From NCBI GenBank assembly GCA_032128115.1, contig JAQBHB010000023.1, forward strand, positions 1-64,000: a stretch of DNA of 64,000 bases, in the 5' to 3' direction. Made by a program: the position numbers and the translations under genes. The notes beneath the pieces were generated by a model. The model worked only from the letters and a program-made list of their open reading frames with translations, did not search any database and had not been told where the DNA came from. Source of the stretch: Deltaproteobacteria bacterium (lineage in GTDB: Bacteria > Myxococcota_A > UBA9160 > SMWR01). The first letter of the stretch is position 1. Every line of letters starts with the position of its first letter. This document shows positions 18,183 through 28,066 of this stretch, piece by piece.

Positions 18183-20447
18183 ATGAGCCGTCTACTTTCC
18201 AGGGCCGACATCTACGGCCTGCTCGGTGCCGTGGCGATCGCCGCCGTTCACGCCTTCGCGGTGGTCGGACGCTTCGGCCGCGGCTTCCCGGGCTTCGACG
18301 TCTTCGCCTACGCGCACCCGAACTTCCTGTACGCGCGCGACGCGCTCGAGCGCGGCTACGGCCTGCTCTGGAACGACTTCCAGAACTGCGGGCAGCCCTT
18401 CTTCGCGATCGTCACCACGGCGCTCCTCAACCCCGTGAACGCGCTGTCCTACGTCATGGACCCGGGTATGGCGCTCGAGGCGAAGCTTTTCCTGAACCTC
18501 GCGATCGCCGCGATGGGCGCGTATCTCCTATGCCGCGAGATCGGCCTCGGGACGATCGCCGCCTTGAGCGGGTCCCTGGCTTTCACGTTCGGCGGCGGAT
18601 GCGCCGTGCTGGCCCGCAGTGGCTCGTTCGTCCTGTCCGCGTACGCGTGGCTCCCGGTCGCCGCCTTCCTGTGCGAGCGCATTCTGCGAAGGCCCAGTGC
18701 GGGGGCGGGAATCGGGCTCGCCGTCGTTCTCGCGCTCCAGGTGCTCGCCGGCTTCCCGCAGACCTCCGTCTTCACCTATCAGTGGATCGCGCTGCGTACG
18801 CTCTGGCAGTGGGGGGTCCGGCGCGAGCCGGTGTCACGGCAGGTGCTGGGCGCGCTCGCGCTGGGGCTCGCGCTGCCGCCGCTGCTGGGTGCGATCCAGC
18901 TGCTTCCCTCGGCCGAGCTGGCCAGCGTGTCCGTTCGAAGCCAGCCCCTCTCGGTCCACGAGATCGACCCCCGGTTCGCCGGGCGCTCGGCCTTCGCGGC
19001 GTTCCAGAGCCATTTGGGCGACCGCATGGGGGGACCCGCGTTCCTGCTGCCGATGGTCGGAGTCGCGTTGGCGGGCCTGGGGTTCGCGGTGGCCCGGGTG
19101 CGGAGGATCGCGCTGTTTCACGCTCTCATCGCCGGTCTCTTCTCCCTGCTGGCCTTCGTTCCGTCGCTGTTCGAGCTCTACGCGAAGCTCCCCGTCCTCG
19201 GCGCGTTTCGAGGGCAGCTCCGGTTCCTCTGGATGACGAGCTTCGCCTTCAGCATCGTCATCGCCTGCGGCGTCGATGCCATCTCGCGCCTGGAAACGCC
19301 CGAGAGATCCCAGGTACTTCGGCTCGGGGGGGCCGGGCTCGCCGCGCTCGTGGCCTTCTTCCTGCTCTCTCCGCCCGGTCTCCACGGGTGGGAGTGGGGG
19401 ATCCTGACCTGCGCGCTCGTCAGTGTCGCCGTCGCCATCGTCTGGCCGCGCGCGCGCGCCGCCTTGCCGGCGGCGATGACGGCGTTGCTCTTCTGCAACC
19501 TGTACGTCGTGTCCACGAAGCCGGTCCTGCCCCTGACCCACCCGGGCGACGCGCGCCCCGCCGGCACCTACGTGGAGGACCTCTCCATCTACGACGCAAA
19601 GGCGTGGGCGTTCGAGCGGGTCGCCACGCGCCGCACCGCCCAGGACCGCATGTACCAGGCGGGCGCCAATTTCGACTACGCGCTCTCGGGGAAGTCGGCG
19701 TCGATCTTCGGAATCCCCTCGATCACCGACTACGAGGCCGAGACCTCGCGCCGCTACGCGGCGGTGTTCGTGCGAATGATGACGAACGCGCCGATGCGAA
19801 GCGTGAACCAGTTCTACTACTCGCGAGCCAGCCTTCCGCGGAACCAGGGTCTCTTCGATCTGCTGGCCGCCCGCTACCTCATCCTCGACGTGGCTCCCAA
19901 CGAAGCGCTCGATTCGATACTGCCGGCCCTGCGGCTCCTGGAGCAGCGGGGAACGCTGCGCGTCTACGAGAACCCGCGGGCGCTGCCGCGGGCTTTCTAC
20001 GTGCCGCGAGCCGAAGTGATCGCGGACCCGGAGCGTCTGCTGGAACGACTGGCGTCACCGGATCATCGACCGCGCGAGGTCGCCCTGCTGGAAGAGCCTC
20101 CGGCAGACGGCTTTCTCGGAAGCCGGCCCGACGGGCGCGGAGAAGTGACGATCGCGTCGAGCCGCGGCGAGGAGCTCGTCGTCCGCGTGCGGGCCTCCGA
20201 GCCGGGCTTCCTGTTCGTGTCGGACCAGCTCTACCCGGGCTGGCAGGCGACGGTCGACGGCTCTTCCGTTCCGATCCATCGGGCGAACCATGCCTTCCGG
20301 CTCGTGCGCGTGCCGCGCGGCGAGTCGACCGTCAGCTTCCGCTACCGCCCCGCGAGCGTTCGTGTCGGGTTCGCGATCTCGGCGACGTCTCTTCTGGGCC
20401 TCTGCATCTACGGGATTCGGGTCTTTGACACCAGGCGGCCCGCATGA
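18183..20447 (+). CDS. YfhO-like GT-C membrane glycosyltransferase
   Basis: LWNDFQNCGQPF, LAGFPQ, VYENPRALPRAF, SDQLYPGWQATVDG, ANHAFRLV. Confidence 0.88.
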   Translation: MSRLLSRADIYGLLGAVAIAAVHAFAVVGRFGRGFPGFDVFAYAHPNFLYARDALERGYGLLWNDFQNCGQPFFAIVTTALLNPVNALSYVMDPGMALEAKLFLNLAIAAMGAYLLCREIGLGTIAALSGSLAFTFGGGCAVLARSGSFVLSAYAWLPVAAFLCERILRRPSAGAGIGLAVVLALQVLAGFPQTSVFTYQWIALRTLWQWGVRREPVSRQVLGALALGLALPPLLGAIQLLPSAELASVSVRSQPLSVHEIDPRFAGRSAFAAFQSHLGDRMGGPAFLLPMVGVALAGLGFAVARVRRIALFHALIAGLFSLLAFVPSLFELYAKLPVLGAFRGQLRFLWMTSFAFSIVIACGVDAISRLETPERSQVLRLGGAGLAALVAFFLLSPPGLHGWEWGILTCALVSVAVAIVWPRARAALPAAMTALLFCNLYVVSTKPVLPLTHPGDARPAGTYVEDLSIYDAKAWAFERVATRRTAQDRMYQAGANFDYALSGKSASIFGIPSITDYEAETSRRYAAVFVRMMTNAPMRSVNQFYYSRASLPRNQGLFDLLAARYLILDVAPNEALDSILPALRLLEQRGTLRVYENPRALPRAFYVPRAEVIADPERLLERLASPDHRPREVALLEEPPADGFLGSRPDGRGEVTIASSRGEELVVRVRASEPGFLFVSDQLYPGWQATVDGSSVPIHRANHAFRLVRVPRGESTVSFRYRPASVRVGFAISATSLLGLCIYGIRVFDTRRPA

Positions 20448-20494
20448 CCTAGAATCGCTTCGAGACCCCGGGGCCTCCACACGAGAAGCGGTAC

Positions 20495-22408
20495 ATGCCC
20501 ACCGAACCCGTCGAGCACAAGCTCGCCGCCATCCTCTCCGCCGACGTCGTCGGCTACAGCCGGCTCATGGCCGAGGACGAGGCGGCCACGATCCGGACAC
20601 TCACGGCCTACCGGGAGCAGATCGGAGTGTTGGTGCGAGAGCACCGCGGTCGCGTGGTGGATTCCCCGGGCGACAATCTCCTGGCCGAGTTTCCCACCAC
20701 GCTCGGGGCCGCGCGCTGCGCCATCGAGATCCAGGGGGTCCTGCGGGTGCGGAACGCGAACCTGCCAAAAGAGCGCCGCATGGACTTCCGGATCGGCGTC
20801 CACATGGGAGACGTCGCTACCCAAGGAGAGCGGATCTACGGCGACGGCGTCAACATCGCCGCCCGCCTGGAGGCGCTGGCCGAGGCCGGCGGCGTCTGCA
20901 TCTCGGCGACCGTGCACGAGCAGGTGCGCAACAAGCTCGACGTCGGCTTCAGCGATCTCGGCGACCAGACCGTCAAGAACATCCCGGAGCAGGTACACGT
21001 CTACCGGGTCCAGCCGCGACATGCGGAGGGCGGCGCCGGGCGGCAAGAGGTCTCGACGACTCCGAACCGTGGACGTCGCAGAGCGGTTCTCGCCGCGGTC
21101 GCGGCACTCGTCGTGCTCGCCGGCGCCGGGCTCTGGGCCACCTGGCCGCGCCCCCTCGGCTTCGTCATGGATCTCGCCGGTGTCGGCGCCGCACCCACGG
21201 ATCTCTCGCTACCCGACAAGCCCTCCGTCGTGGTGCTTCCGTTCGCGAACATGAGCGGCGATCCCGGCGAAGAACACTTCGCCGACGGGATGACCGAGGA
21301 GTTGACAGCCGACCTGTCCGGAAATCCGTTTCTGTTCGTGATCGCCCGGAACTCCGCCTTCAGCTACAAGGGGAAGGCCACCAAGGTCGAGGATGTGGGC
21401 CGGGAGCTCGGCGTCCGGTACGTCGTCGAGGGCAGTGTGCGCAAGGCGGGCGATCGCGTCCGCATCACCGCGCAGCTGATCGACGCGACCGCGGGCGTGC
21501 ACATCTGGAGCCAGAAGTACGACCGCGACGTCGAGGACATCTTCGCCGTTCAGTCGGAGATCTCCGAGGCGATCCTCGGCGCCGTGGGTGTCGAGGTCCG
21601 GGCGGCGGAACTCGCGCGCATCCGGCGCCGACCGACCGATGACCTGAGCGCCTACGAGGCCTTCACGAAGGGATACGGGAGCTTCTTTCGCTTGACGCGC
21701 GAGAGCCTGGCCGAGGCCCGGTCGCTGTTCGAGCTCGCGATCGAGCTGGATCCAGACTACGCGGACCCCGTCGCGATGCTCGGGGGGACGTACAACTTCG
21801 AGTACATCCAGGGCTGGAGCGACGATCCGACGCACCTCGACCGCGCGGCGGAGCTGGCGGAGCGGGCCTTGGAGCTGGATCCGAACCACCCCGGCGGACA
21901 CATCGTCCTCGCGGGAGTGAACATCTCTCTGCATCGGCCCGACAAGGTCATCGCGCACGCGCGCAAGGCGATGGAGCTGGCGCCGAGCTTCTCCGCACCG
22001 CACGGCTTCCTGGCGATCGGCCTGGCTCAAGACGGCCAGCCCCTCGCCGGCCTGCAGGAGTTGAAGCAAGCGATTCGGCTCGACCCTCGGGTGGGCGAGG
22101 CGGCGATCCTGTGGACCCTGCGCGCCGGCCTTTTTCGACAGATTGGCCGCATCGAGGAGGCGGTCGCGCTCTGGGAGCAGGCGCGCGAGAAGAACGTGGA
22201 TCTGATTCTCCCCAGGCTGGAGCTTGCCGACTACTACGCGGGAAGCGGTCGCCTGGACGAGGCCCGGGTGCTCGTCGAGGAGATCCTCCGCGTGAACCCC
22301 GAGTTGACTGCCGAGAACGCGCGAGAGCTCGCCGGTCGCGCCATGGCGCGCAACGCGGAGGACGCCTCGGCGCTGGCAGAGAATCTGAAGGCGGCGGGGC
22401 TGCCCTAG
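20495..22408 (+). CDS. Adenylate/guanylate cyclase with TM, TolB-like and TPR domains
   Basis: AILSADVVGYSRLM, IYGDGVNIAARLE, PDKPSVVVLPFANMSGD, TPR repeats. Confidence 0.92.
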   Translation: MPTEPVEHKLAAILSADVVGYSRLMAEDEAATIRTLTAYREQIGVLVREHRGRVVDSPGDNLLAEFPTTLGAARCAIEIQGVLRVRNANLPKERRMDFRIGVHMGDVATQGERIYGDGVNIAARLEALAEAGGVCISATVHEQVRNKLDVGFSDLGDQTVKNIPEQVHVYRVQPRHAEGGAGRQEVSTTPNRGRRRAVLAAVAALVVLAGAGLWATWPRPLGFVMDLAGVGAAPTDLSLPDKPSVVVLPFANMSGDPGEEHFADGMTEELTADLSGNPFLFVIARNSAFSYKGKATKVEDVGRELGVRYVVEGSVRKAGDRVRITAQLIDATAGVHIWSQKYDRDVEDIFAVQSEISEAILGAVGVEVRAAELARIRRRPTDDLSAYEAFTKGYGSFFRLTRESLAEARSLFELAIELDPDYADPVAMLGGTYNFEYIQGWSDDPTHLDRAAELAERALELDPNHPGGHIVLAGVNISLHRPDKVIAHARKAMELAPSFSAPHGFLAIGLAQDGQPLAGLQELKQAIRLDPRVGEAAILWTLRAGLFRQIGRIEEAVALWEQAREKNVDLILPRLELADYYAGSGRLDEARVLVEEILRVNPELTAENARELAGRAMARNAEDASALAENLKAAGLP

Positions 22409-22478
22409 TCTCGCCCAGCCACCCACTCGGATGTGCCGGGCACCGTGCGCTGGGGCGGGTCGAGGTGGGTGGGGGTGG

Positions 22479-23150
22479 CTACTTTCGTCTGCGGATGGCG
22501 TGGCCCACGATCAGCGATCCGAGTGCGAAGGAAAGTGCGGCCGAGGGCTCCGGGACCGGCGCCGACGGGGTGCCGACGATCGTTCCCGAGTAGTTCCCGA
22601 CCTGCGTTCCACTGCCCACGAGCCCGCTCAGGCTCGTGGAGCTCGGTGCGGTGAAGGAAGCCTGGACGACGCCCGTGACGTCGTTCGCGAGCGCCAACAG
22701 GTCGACGTTGCTGCCGCTGTACGACAGGTTCGCCAGGTTCACGGCGGACAAGACGTTGAACGCGCCGAAGTTGAAGAAGGTCGAGATCGGGCCGAACGAC
22801 ACGTCGCCCGTGAGCGTCGACCCGATACCGTCGAAGATCGCCAGCGTGCCGACACCCGACAAGATCGCGCTCTCCAGGATCCCTGCAACGGCAACGGCGC
22901 CGACCGTGAACGCGCCATCGATGTCCCCCGTGAGTCCGACGCCCGATCCGTCGCCGCTCGAACCGGTGATGCGGATGTCGTCGTAGCTGCCATTGACCTC
23001 GTCCTGGAAGCTGAGCGAGTTGCCGGGGCCGAACTGGATGAAGCTGCCGGGTTCGTTGCTGAAGTTGAGGCTGATCGCGCTCGCAGCGGGCGCGTACGTC
23101 AGAAGGAGGAAGGTGGCACCAGCAATTACGAGCGATTTGGAGCGTCGCAT
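22479..23150 (-). CDS. PEP-CTERM sorting-domain protein (Ser/Thr/Gly-rich)
   Basis: Signal peptide; C-terminus VPEPSAALSFALGSLIVGHAIRRRK. Confidence 0.93.
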   Translation of the reverse strand: MRRSKSLVIAGATFLLLTYAPAASAISLNFSNEPGSFIQFGPGNSLSFQDEVNGSYDDIRITGSSGDGSGVGLTGDIDGAFTVGAVAVAGILESAILSGVGTLAIFDGIGSTLTGDVSFGPISTFFNFGAFNVLSAVNLANLSYSGSNVDLLALANDVTGVVQASFTAPSSTSLSGLVGSGTQVGNYSGTIVGTPSAPVPEPSAALSFALGSLIVGHAIRRRK

Positions 23151-23634
23151 GGTTCTCCCTGGAGAGCATCAAGAGCGAGGGCGTTTGCCTACGACACCGT
23201 CTATATCACGGGAATCCGTTTCGTGCAGGAAAATCTTTGCGATTTCACCAATTAATTCCACAAGTTGGCGATCTGAATCGATGGGAAAAGGACGAGCAAC
23301 TTTGAGATACAAACCCTTGTCCAGATGGGAAAAATTGCCCCGCAGCGTTGATTTCACCGGCATGTGGACCTTTACTCTGCCGCCGCGCCTCGGCGCCGAT
23401 CGGGCCGCTGGTCAAGCCCGGCCCGCGGCCGTCGACCCAGCTTGAAATCGCCCCCGCCGGGGGCTTTACGCAATACCGATACTCGCACCTCGAGCCAGAA
23501 CGCAGCCTGAACCTCCTATGCCCGGGATCTCAGGCTACTCGGACCCCGTAGGTGGCGAGCACCGAGTCACCTACGACGTAGCCGTGCAGATCACCGCAGC
23601 CGAGAAGAAGAAGCTCCAGGTCATGGCGCTGAGA

Positions 23635-23662
23635 CGACAACGCCCCGACCGAAGCCGGGGCG
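23635..23662 (-). terminator. Intrinsic terminator-like hairpin after the second PEP-CTERM gene
   Basis: Minus strand CGCCCCGGC-TTCG-GTCGGGGCG (cUUCGg loop) followed by a weak TTGTCG tail. Confidence 0.6.
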
Positions 23663-23692
23663 CTATCGAGAAAGCGTGAATGTGTGCGGCCG

Positions 23693-24520
23693 TCAGGCGT
23701 TTGCTCTCTTCCTCACCGCGCCACCGACGATGAGACCGCCGACGGCGAAGGCGAGGGCGGCGGAGGGTTCGGGGATCGGGGCAAGGCTCATTTTGAACGA
23801 GAATTCGGTACCCAGCCTACCAGGACGGAATCCGGGTCCTGGGCGTCCTACATATGCAGACCCGCGAACCGTATAGGTGCCCGGCTCGATCATTGCGGAA
23901 AAAATTGAGTGGAAACCAGGATTCCAATTGCCGACGATGTCCGGGGGCAGTGGCTGCAAATCCACAAAGCTATAGGCGCCGGATTTCGCGCTGAGAGCGT
24001 CCGAGAATCCTTCGACACGGACGAGGAAGGCTTCTGTCAGGCTAAAGATGAATTCGAGATCGACCCCCGCCGCCGAAATGGGGAAACCGGCGGCCACGGT
24101 TTCTGTGACATGCGCGTCCACCATCCCGACGGCTTGAATTAGGTTCTCCGACATGCTGAGTGTCACACTTGACGAGCTGCCATAGGCAAAGGGAGGCGCA
24201 GCCTCAGCGTCAGAAAGGGAGTCAGAGAAGTCTCCGATCACCGACTGGGTGACTGTCTGATCCCACCGACGAGAAGACGAGTCACCCACGAAAGAGACGA
24301 CAGAGCCCGAAATATGGAGGGAATACTCGCCCGAGACGAGAATCGGACCGGCATATGCCGGAGCAGCGAAAAGAAGCCCGACCCAAAGCCCCGCTATCAC
24401 GACTACAAGCAGCCTGCCAGCATGGATTCTTGTAGAATGAATTCTTGTTCGGATGCCGTAGCTCGGAGCCTGGGCGCCCAGCAGGGCAGCGCAGGCCGGA
24501 GCCAACAGAGGCTTCCGCAT
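23693..24520 (-). CDS. PEP-CTERM sorting-domain protein
   Basis: Signal peptide ending in APAYA; C-terminus IPEPSAALAFAVGGLIVGGAVRKRANA. Confidence 0.88.
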   Translation of the reverse strand: MRKPLLAPACAALLGAQAPSYGIRTRIHSTRIHAGRLLVVVIAGLWVGLLFAAPAYAGPILVSGEYSLHISGSVVSFVGDSSSRRWDQTVTQSVIGDFSDSLSDAEAAPPFAYGSSSSVTLSMSENLIQAVGMVDAHVTETVAAGFPISAAGVDLEFIFSLTEAFLVRVEGFSDALSAKSGAYSFVDLQPLPPDIVGNWNPGFHSIFSAMIEPGTYTVRGSAYVGRPGPGFRPGRLGTEFSFKMSLAPIPEPSAALAFAVGGLIVGGAVRKRANA

Positions 24521-24569
24521 GGCGTGGTCCCCTTCCCTCGCCCCACGTCGGCACCATACACCAAGCGGA

Positions 24570-24745
24570 TGTCATTTCCCGCGAGCATGATCCCACGCGG
24601 CCACCGTTTTTCTCACGGGCATGATTCCACCCGGGAGCCTGGCTCCGCCATCGTTCGCCCCCACCCCCAGGGGGGCGGAGATGGCGTACCGGGAGATCGG
24701 GATGTGGGAGATTCTCGAGGTTCTACGCCGGGTTGACCGCGGCGC
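24570..24745 (+). mobile_element. IS21-family remnant: left end plus first ~21 codons of istA
   Basis: Starts TGT; two 22-bp subterminal repeats (24575-24596, 24609-24630); ATG at 24681 gives MAYREIGMWEILEVLRRVDRG, resembling IstA N-termini. Confidence 0.7.
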
Positions 24746-24833
24746 GCAGGCTCGGCTGGCAGCCGGGCAGCGCAGAGCCGAGCTCGGCGAGACTGGTCTC
24801 AGTATGAAGGGGCCAGCCAGCCGGTGCCGCCGC

Positions 24834-26519
24834 CTACCTCGCCGCCGGACCTGTCTCTTGGGAGACTCTGGACCACCTCACATGATCGACCACCGTCAGT
24901 CCGTCGACAGAGCTCATGTGATGCGTACCGAGCATGCCGGGCGAGAAGCGACTCGAGACCTCGCCAACTTCGAGTTCTTCGAAGTCCTCTGGAGTCAGCT
25001 TGTTGATCCTGTAGATCGTCAGCCCTTCACCGTATTGGTCGAAGCCCTGTCGTTGGCCGAACCTGTACAGCTCGCCGTTCTCCGTGTGCATTCCAGCGTT
25101 TCTGGCACCCAGAGAATCTACCTTTACCGGGTTGGCAGGGTGAGACTTCCATTCCGTCGAAAGTGGCGAATCGCTATGGAATACCCACAGCTCCGCGCAG
25201 TGATCGTCGGATTCGGTGCGATCGATGTTCGTCAGCATCCACCATCGCCCTTCATGTTCGAACAGCATCGTGTCCACAGCCGAAACATCGCGCATCAGGG
25301 TAATTCTATGTGACCATCGGGTCGGAAAGTCATCGCAGGAGTAGACCCTGATTTCTCGTGACTCCGAGGCCTCCGGACACAGAAACACCTTCCCCTCGTA
25401 CGAAAAGAGAAACGGGAACGAGAGATGAAACGGCTCTTTCAAGGCGATCCCCAGCTCTTCGAATTCGCCGTTCCGATACTCCAGGGCAGTGATGTGGCCT
25501 CTGGCCGTCTCGTAGACGTAATCCTCGACCAGGCAACAGGCGACTTCCCCGTTCTTCCACAGAAAGGGATCTGCCCAAAACCTGGCCGGAGGAACACTGA
25601 CTGGCTTGGCTCGCCAAAGCGCCAGATTGCTGAATCCGCTCGAGAGAACAGAAATCGACCATCTTTGTTCGATCTTTGCAAGCCTCCTGAATCTCCGAAC
25701 GAAGATTCGCGACAGTAGCTTCACTGCGTAGGACACGGCTTGCAGGAGAGTCGGCTCGACGAACAGGCGATCACTGTATACGTTGACGCCATCCTCCGCG
25801 GGGGGAAGCTGATCTTCCGTCGCGATGAAGTGCAGAATGTCCTTCATGTAGCGGTTGGACGCGCGAAAGAGATTGGCCTGATTCAGCAGGTAGAAGTACT
25901 GGGTGGAGAATCCGCCTCGAGCCACCACCTGACCACCATCCAGCTCGTTCGTGAGCCTTTGAATGATGAATCCGGACTGGGGCCATCGCTCATGGCACTC
26001 CCAGAAGCCCGGCGGGCCGCCCCGATTCACGCGATTGTCACCGTGATGGAACGAGAGTATTCCGAACCGACACACATCAAGGATTCCTCCTCTGAGAATC
26101 CCCGATCCGCAACGAATCAACAGGTCGACTCCCGCCTCACGGATCTTCCCGAGATCATCTTCGGTCGCGCGAAAGACCAAGCCGGATCGAGAGATGTCAG
26201 GGGAGATCTCGATGCACGCGTCCACGCGCTCGGACAGGTCGACGGTCTCGAGATGATCGCCGTGTCGTTCGTTCCGGCGAAGCATCAGAGCCTCCAGCCG
26301 AACGATCAGACGCAGCGCAATGCTTCCAAGCGCGCGCGCGACCCCTTTGTTGCGGACGGACCGCGCAGCCCCCGACAGCAATGGCTTCCGAGGCTTGTTC
26401 TGGTTCACAATGACAAGGTGGGAGATCTTCAGGTCGCTCTCATTCGATGCCCATTCAACGAGGTCCTGGACGTACTTGGAGCAGCGGGGGCCATCTACCA
26501 GGACTCCAATCTTCAGCAT
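24834..26519 (-). CDS. Formyltransferase-like N-domain plus GH43-like beta-propeller (glucosamine-inositolphosphorylceramide transferase-like family)
   Basis: ILSFHHGDNRVNRGGPPGFWE, ELDGG; FWADPFL, HLSFPFLF, HPANPV, ARNAG, GTHH. Confidence 0.8.
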   Translation of the reverse strand: MLKIGVLVDGPRCSKYVQDLVEWASNESDLKISHLVIVNQNKPRKPLLSGAARSVRNKGVARALGSIALRLIVRLEALMLRRNERHGDHLETVDLSERVDACIEISPDISRSGLVFRATEDDLGKIREAGVDLLIRCGSGILRGGILDVCRFGILSFHHGDNRVNRGGPPGFWECHERWPQSGFIIQRLTNELDGGQVVARGGFSTQYFYLLNQANLFRASNRYMKDILHFIATEDQLPPAEDGVNVYSDRLFVEPTLLQAVSYAVKLLSRIFVRRFRRLAKIEQRWSISVLSSGFSNLALWRAKPVSVPPARFWADPFLWKNGEVACCLVEDYVYETARGHITALEYRNGEFEELGIALKEPFHLSFPFLFSYEGKVFLCPEASESREIRVYSCDDFPTRWSHRITLMRDVSAVDTMLFEHEGRWWMLTNIDRTESDDHCAELWVFHSDSPLSTEWKSHPANPVKVDSLGARNAGMHTENGELYRFGQRQGFDQYGEGLTIYRINKLTPEDFEELEVGEVSSRFSPGMLGTHHMSSVDGLTVVDHVRWSRVSQETGPAAR

Positions 26520-26576
26520 GAGAGCTTCCAATAGAGAGCGATCAGCTGCGTCTCTTCGTGCATGCGAGGAGCGGCC

Positions 26577-26650
26577 AGGGTGATGTTCCCATTTCCGGAG
26601 GGTGGCCGTCTCCCATGCCCAGAGGGTGGCCCTCTCCTATGCGTGGGCGA
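26577..26650. repeat. Three imperfect direct repeats resembling an IS21-type terminus
   Basis: agggtg... units at 26577, 26599 and 26623; best pair is gagggtggccgtctcccatgc / gagggtggccctctcctatgc. Confidence 0.45.
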
Positions 26651-27088
26651 TCTCCCGTTCCGGCTGCGTTGGCCCTGAAACCCGGACACGATGCTACACC
26701 CGCCATGTCCGGTGGGCCAGCCAGACACGTATCCCGGGATGGCGGTTCCCGTGTTCCCTTCTGCGAAAGAGCGAGTGCGAGTCTTCGCCAGACTCGGGAT
26801 CGAGGCCATTGGGGAGCGCATCGCCCTGGCCTGGAACCGGTTCCCTGGGCTTGCCAAGGTGTTCCAGCAGGTCGCGCGCCCGCAGAGCTTCGGCGAGGTC
26901 TTCGACGCACAACTCACCGACGCCGTCGACGCTGGCGCCGTGGCCTCGCGGGCTGTCGGCCTCCGACGCTCCGTCGTGACGACACTCGAGGCCCGGATGG
27001 GGACACCCCGGGAAGGCGACCGAGGTGAGAGCGTCTCGCGCGACTGGCAACGGGATGGCAACATAGGCGCAGCCGAAAACGACGCGAA

Positions 27089-28066
27089 GTGGGCGAAAGA
27101 GGGTTAGATGGAGAACCGAGCGATTCTCCTGGCGGCTGTCGGGCTTGCGGCTCGGCTCCGGCGCAGGCCACGGGCTCGGGGCGTCGACTTCCGGATCGAA
27201 GATCGCCGGCGGCGCCTCTGCCCGTTCACGATCGGCGGGCCCTACCAGGTCTGGCTCCCTTGATCGCTGACGAATACGAGCATCATCGAGTTGCGCCCGC
27301 GCGCCGGGTCCGCCTCTTCGGCTTCCAGTTCGCAAATCTCACCACTCGGGGTCTGCTCGACGTCATTGCGCAGTCGGTGGGGGCAAGGCAGAAGTGTTGG
27401 ATCGCCACGATCAACGTCCAGTTGTTGTGCCTTGCGGAGCGCAACCCGAGCTTCCGCGAAGTGCTCTCCGGCGCGGACGTCATCACCGCCGACGGGATGC
27501 CGATCGTCTGGGTCTCGCGCTTCGTGGGTCGCGCCTTGCCGGAACGGGTGAGCGGCTCCGATCTGCTGCTTCCGCTGGCAGAGAAGGCGTCGGCCGAGGG
27601 CTGGAGGCTGTTTCTCTGCGGTGGCGGGCCCGGAGTGCCGGAGCGCGTGGCCGAGTCGCTTCGTGCACGCTGGCCCGACCTGAAGGTCGTGGGCACGGCC
27701 AGCCCCTTGTTTGCCGACCATGCGTCGCTCGTCGACCCCGCCGCCAACGAGACCTTGCTCGCAACGATCCGCAGCGCACGGCCCGACGTACTGCTCGTCG
27801 CCTTCGGATCTCCCAAGCAGGAGCAGTGGATCGAGCATCAGCTCCAGAGCGAGGAATTGAACGTCCCGGTTGTCATCGGCGTCGGCGCGTCCTTCGACTT
27901 CCTGGTCGGTCAACAGCGGAGGGCTCCGCGTTGGATGCGCCAGGCTGGTCTCGAGTGGGCGTTCCGGATGGTGACGCAGCCCCTCCGTCTCACCCCGCGC
28001 TATGCGCGGGACTCGCTCACCTTCGCCCGCCTCTGGGCGTCCGAGCTCCGCCGCAGGCGGTCGTGA
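27089..28066 (+). CDS. WecB/TagA/CpsF family glycosyltransferase (true start may be near 27260)
   Basis: ATINV, TADGMPIVW, ERVSGSDL, AFGSPKQEQW, GVGASFDF, RAPRWM, GLEWAFR. Confidence 0.93.
   Translation: MGERGLDGEPSDSPGGCRACGSAPAQATGSGRRLPDRRSPAAPLPVHDRRALPGLAPLIADEYEHHRVAPARRVRLFGFQFANLTTRGLLDVIAQSVGARQKCWIATINVQLLCLAERNPSFREVLSGADVITADGMPIVWVSRFVGRALPERVSGSDLLLPLAEKASAEGWRLFLCGGGPGVPERVAESLRARWPDLKVVGTASPLFADHASLVDPAANETLLATIRSARPDVLLVAFGSPKQEQWIEHQLQSEELNVPVVIGVGASFDFLVGQQRRAPRWMRQAGLEWAFRMVTQPLRLTPRYARDSLTFARLWASELRRRRS

Noticed and set aside
23151..23400. Sigma-54 promoter or PEP-CTERM box upstream of the first PEP-CTERM gene
   Set aside because: AT-rich and promoter-like, but the best GG..GC candidate has 11-nt spacing and no convincing consensus.
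23460..23640. Peptide scraps resembling an integrase C-terminus (YRYSHL) and a ribbon-helix-helix (VAVQITAAEKKKL)
   Set aside because: Too short, with no start or context; could be chance.
2336..26650. Short direct repeats as a possible CRISPR array
   Set aside because: Only 2-3 adjacent copies, no unique spacers, unrelated to each other, and no cas genes.
26691..27107. 138-aa ORF between the IS21-like repeats and the WecB gene
   Set aside because: Partly protein-like, but has no recognisable family or clear RBS; at most a remnant.
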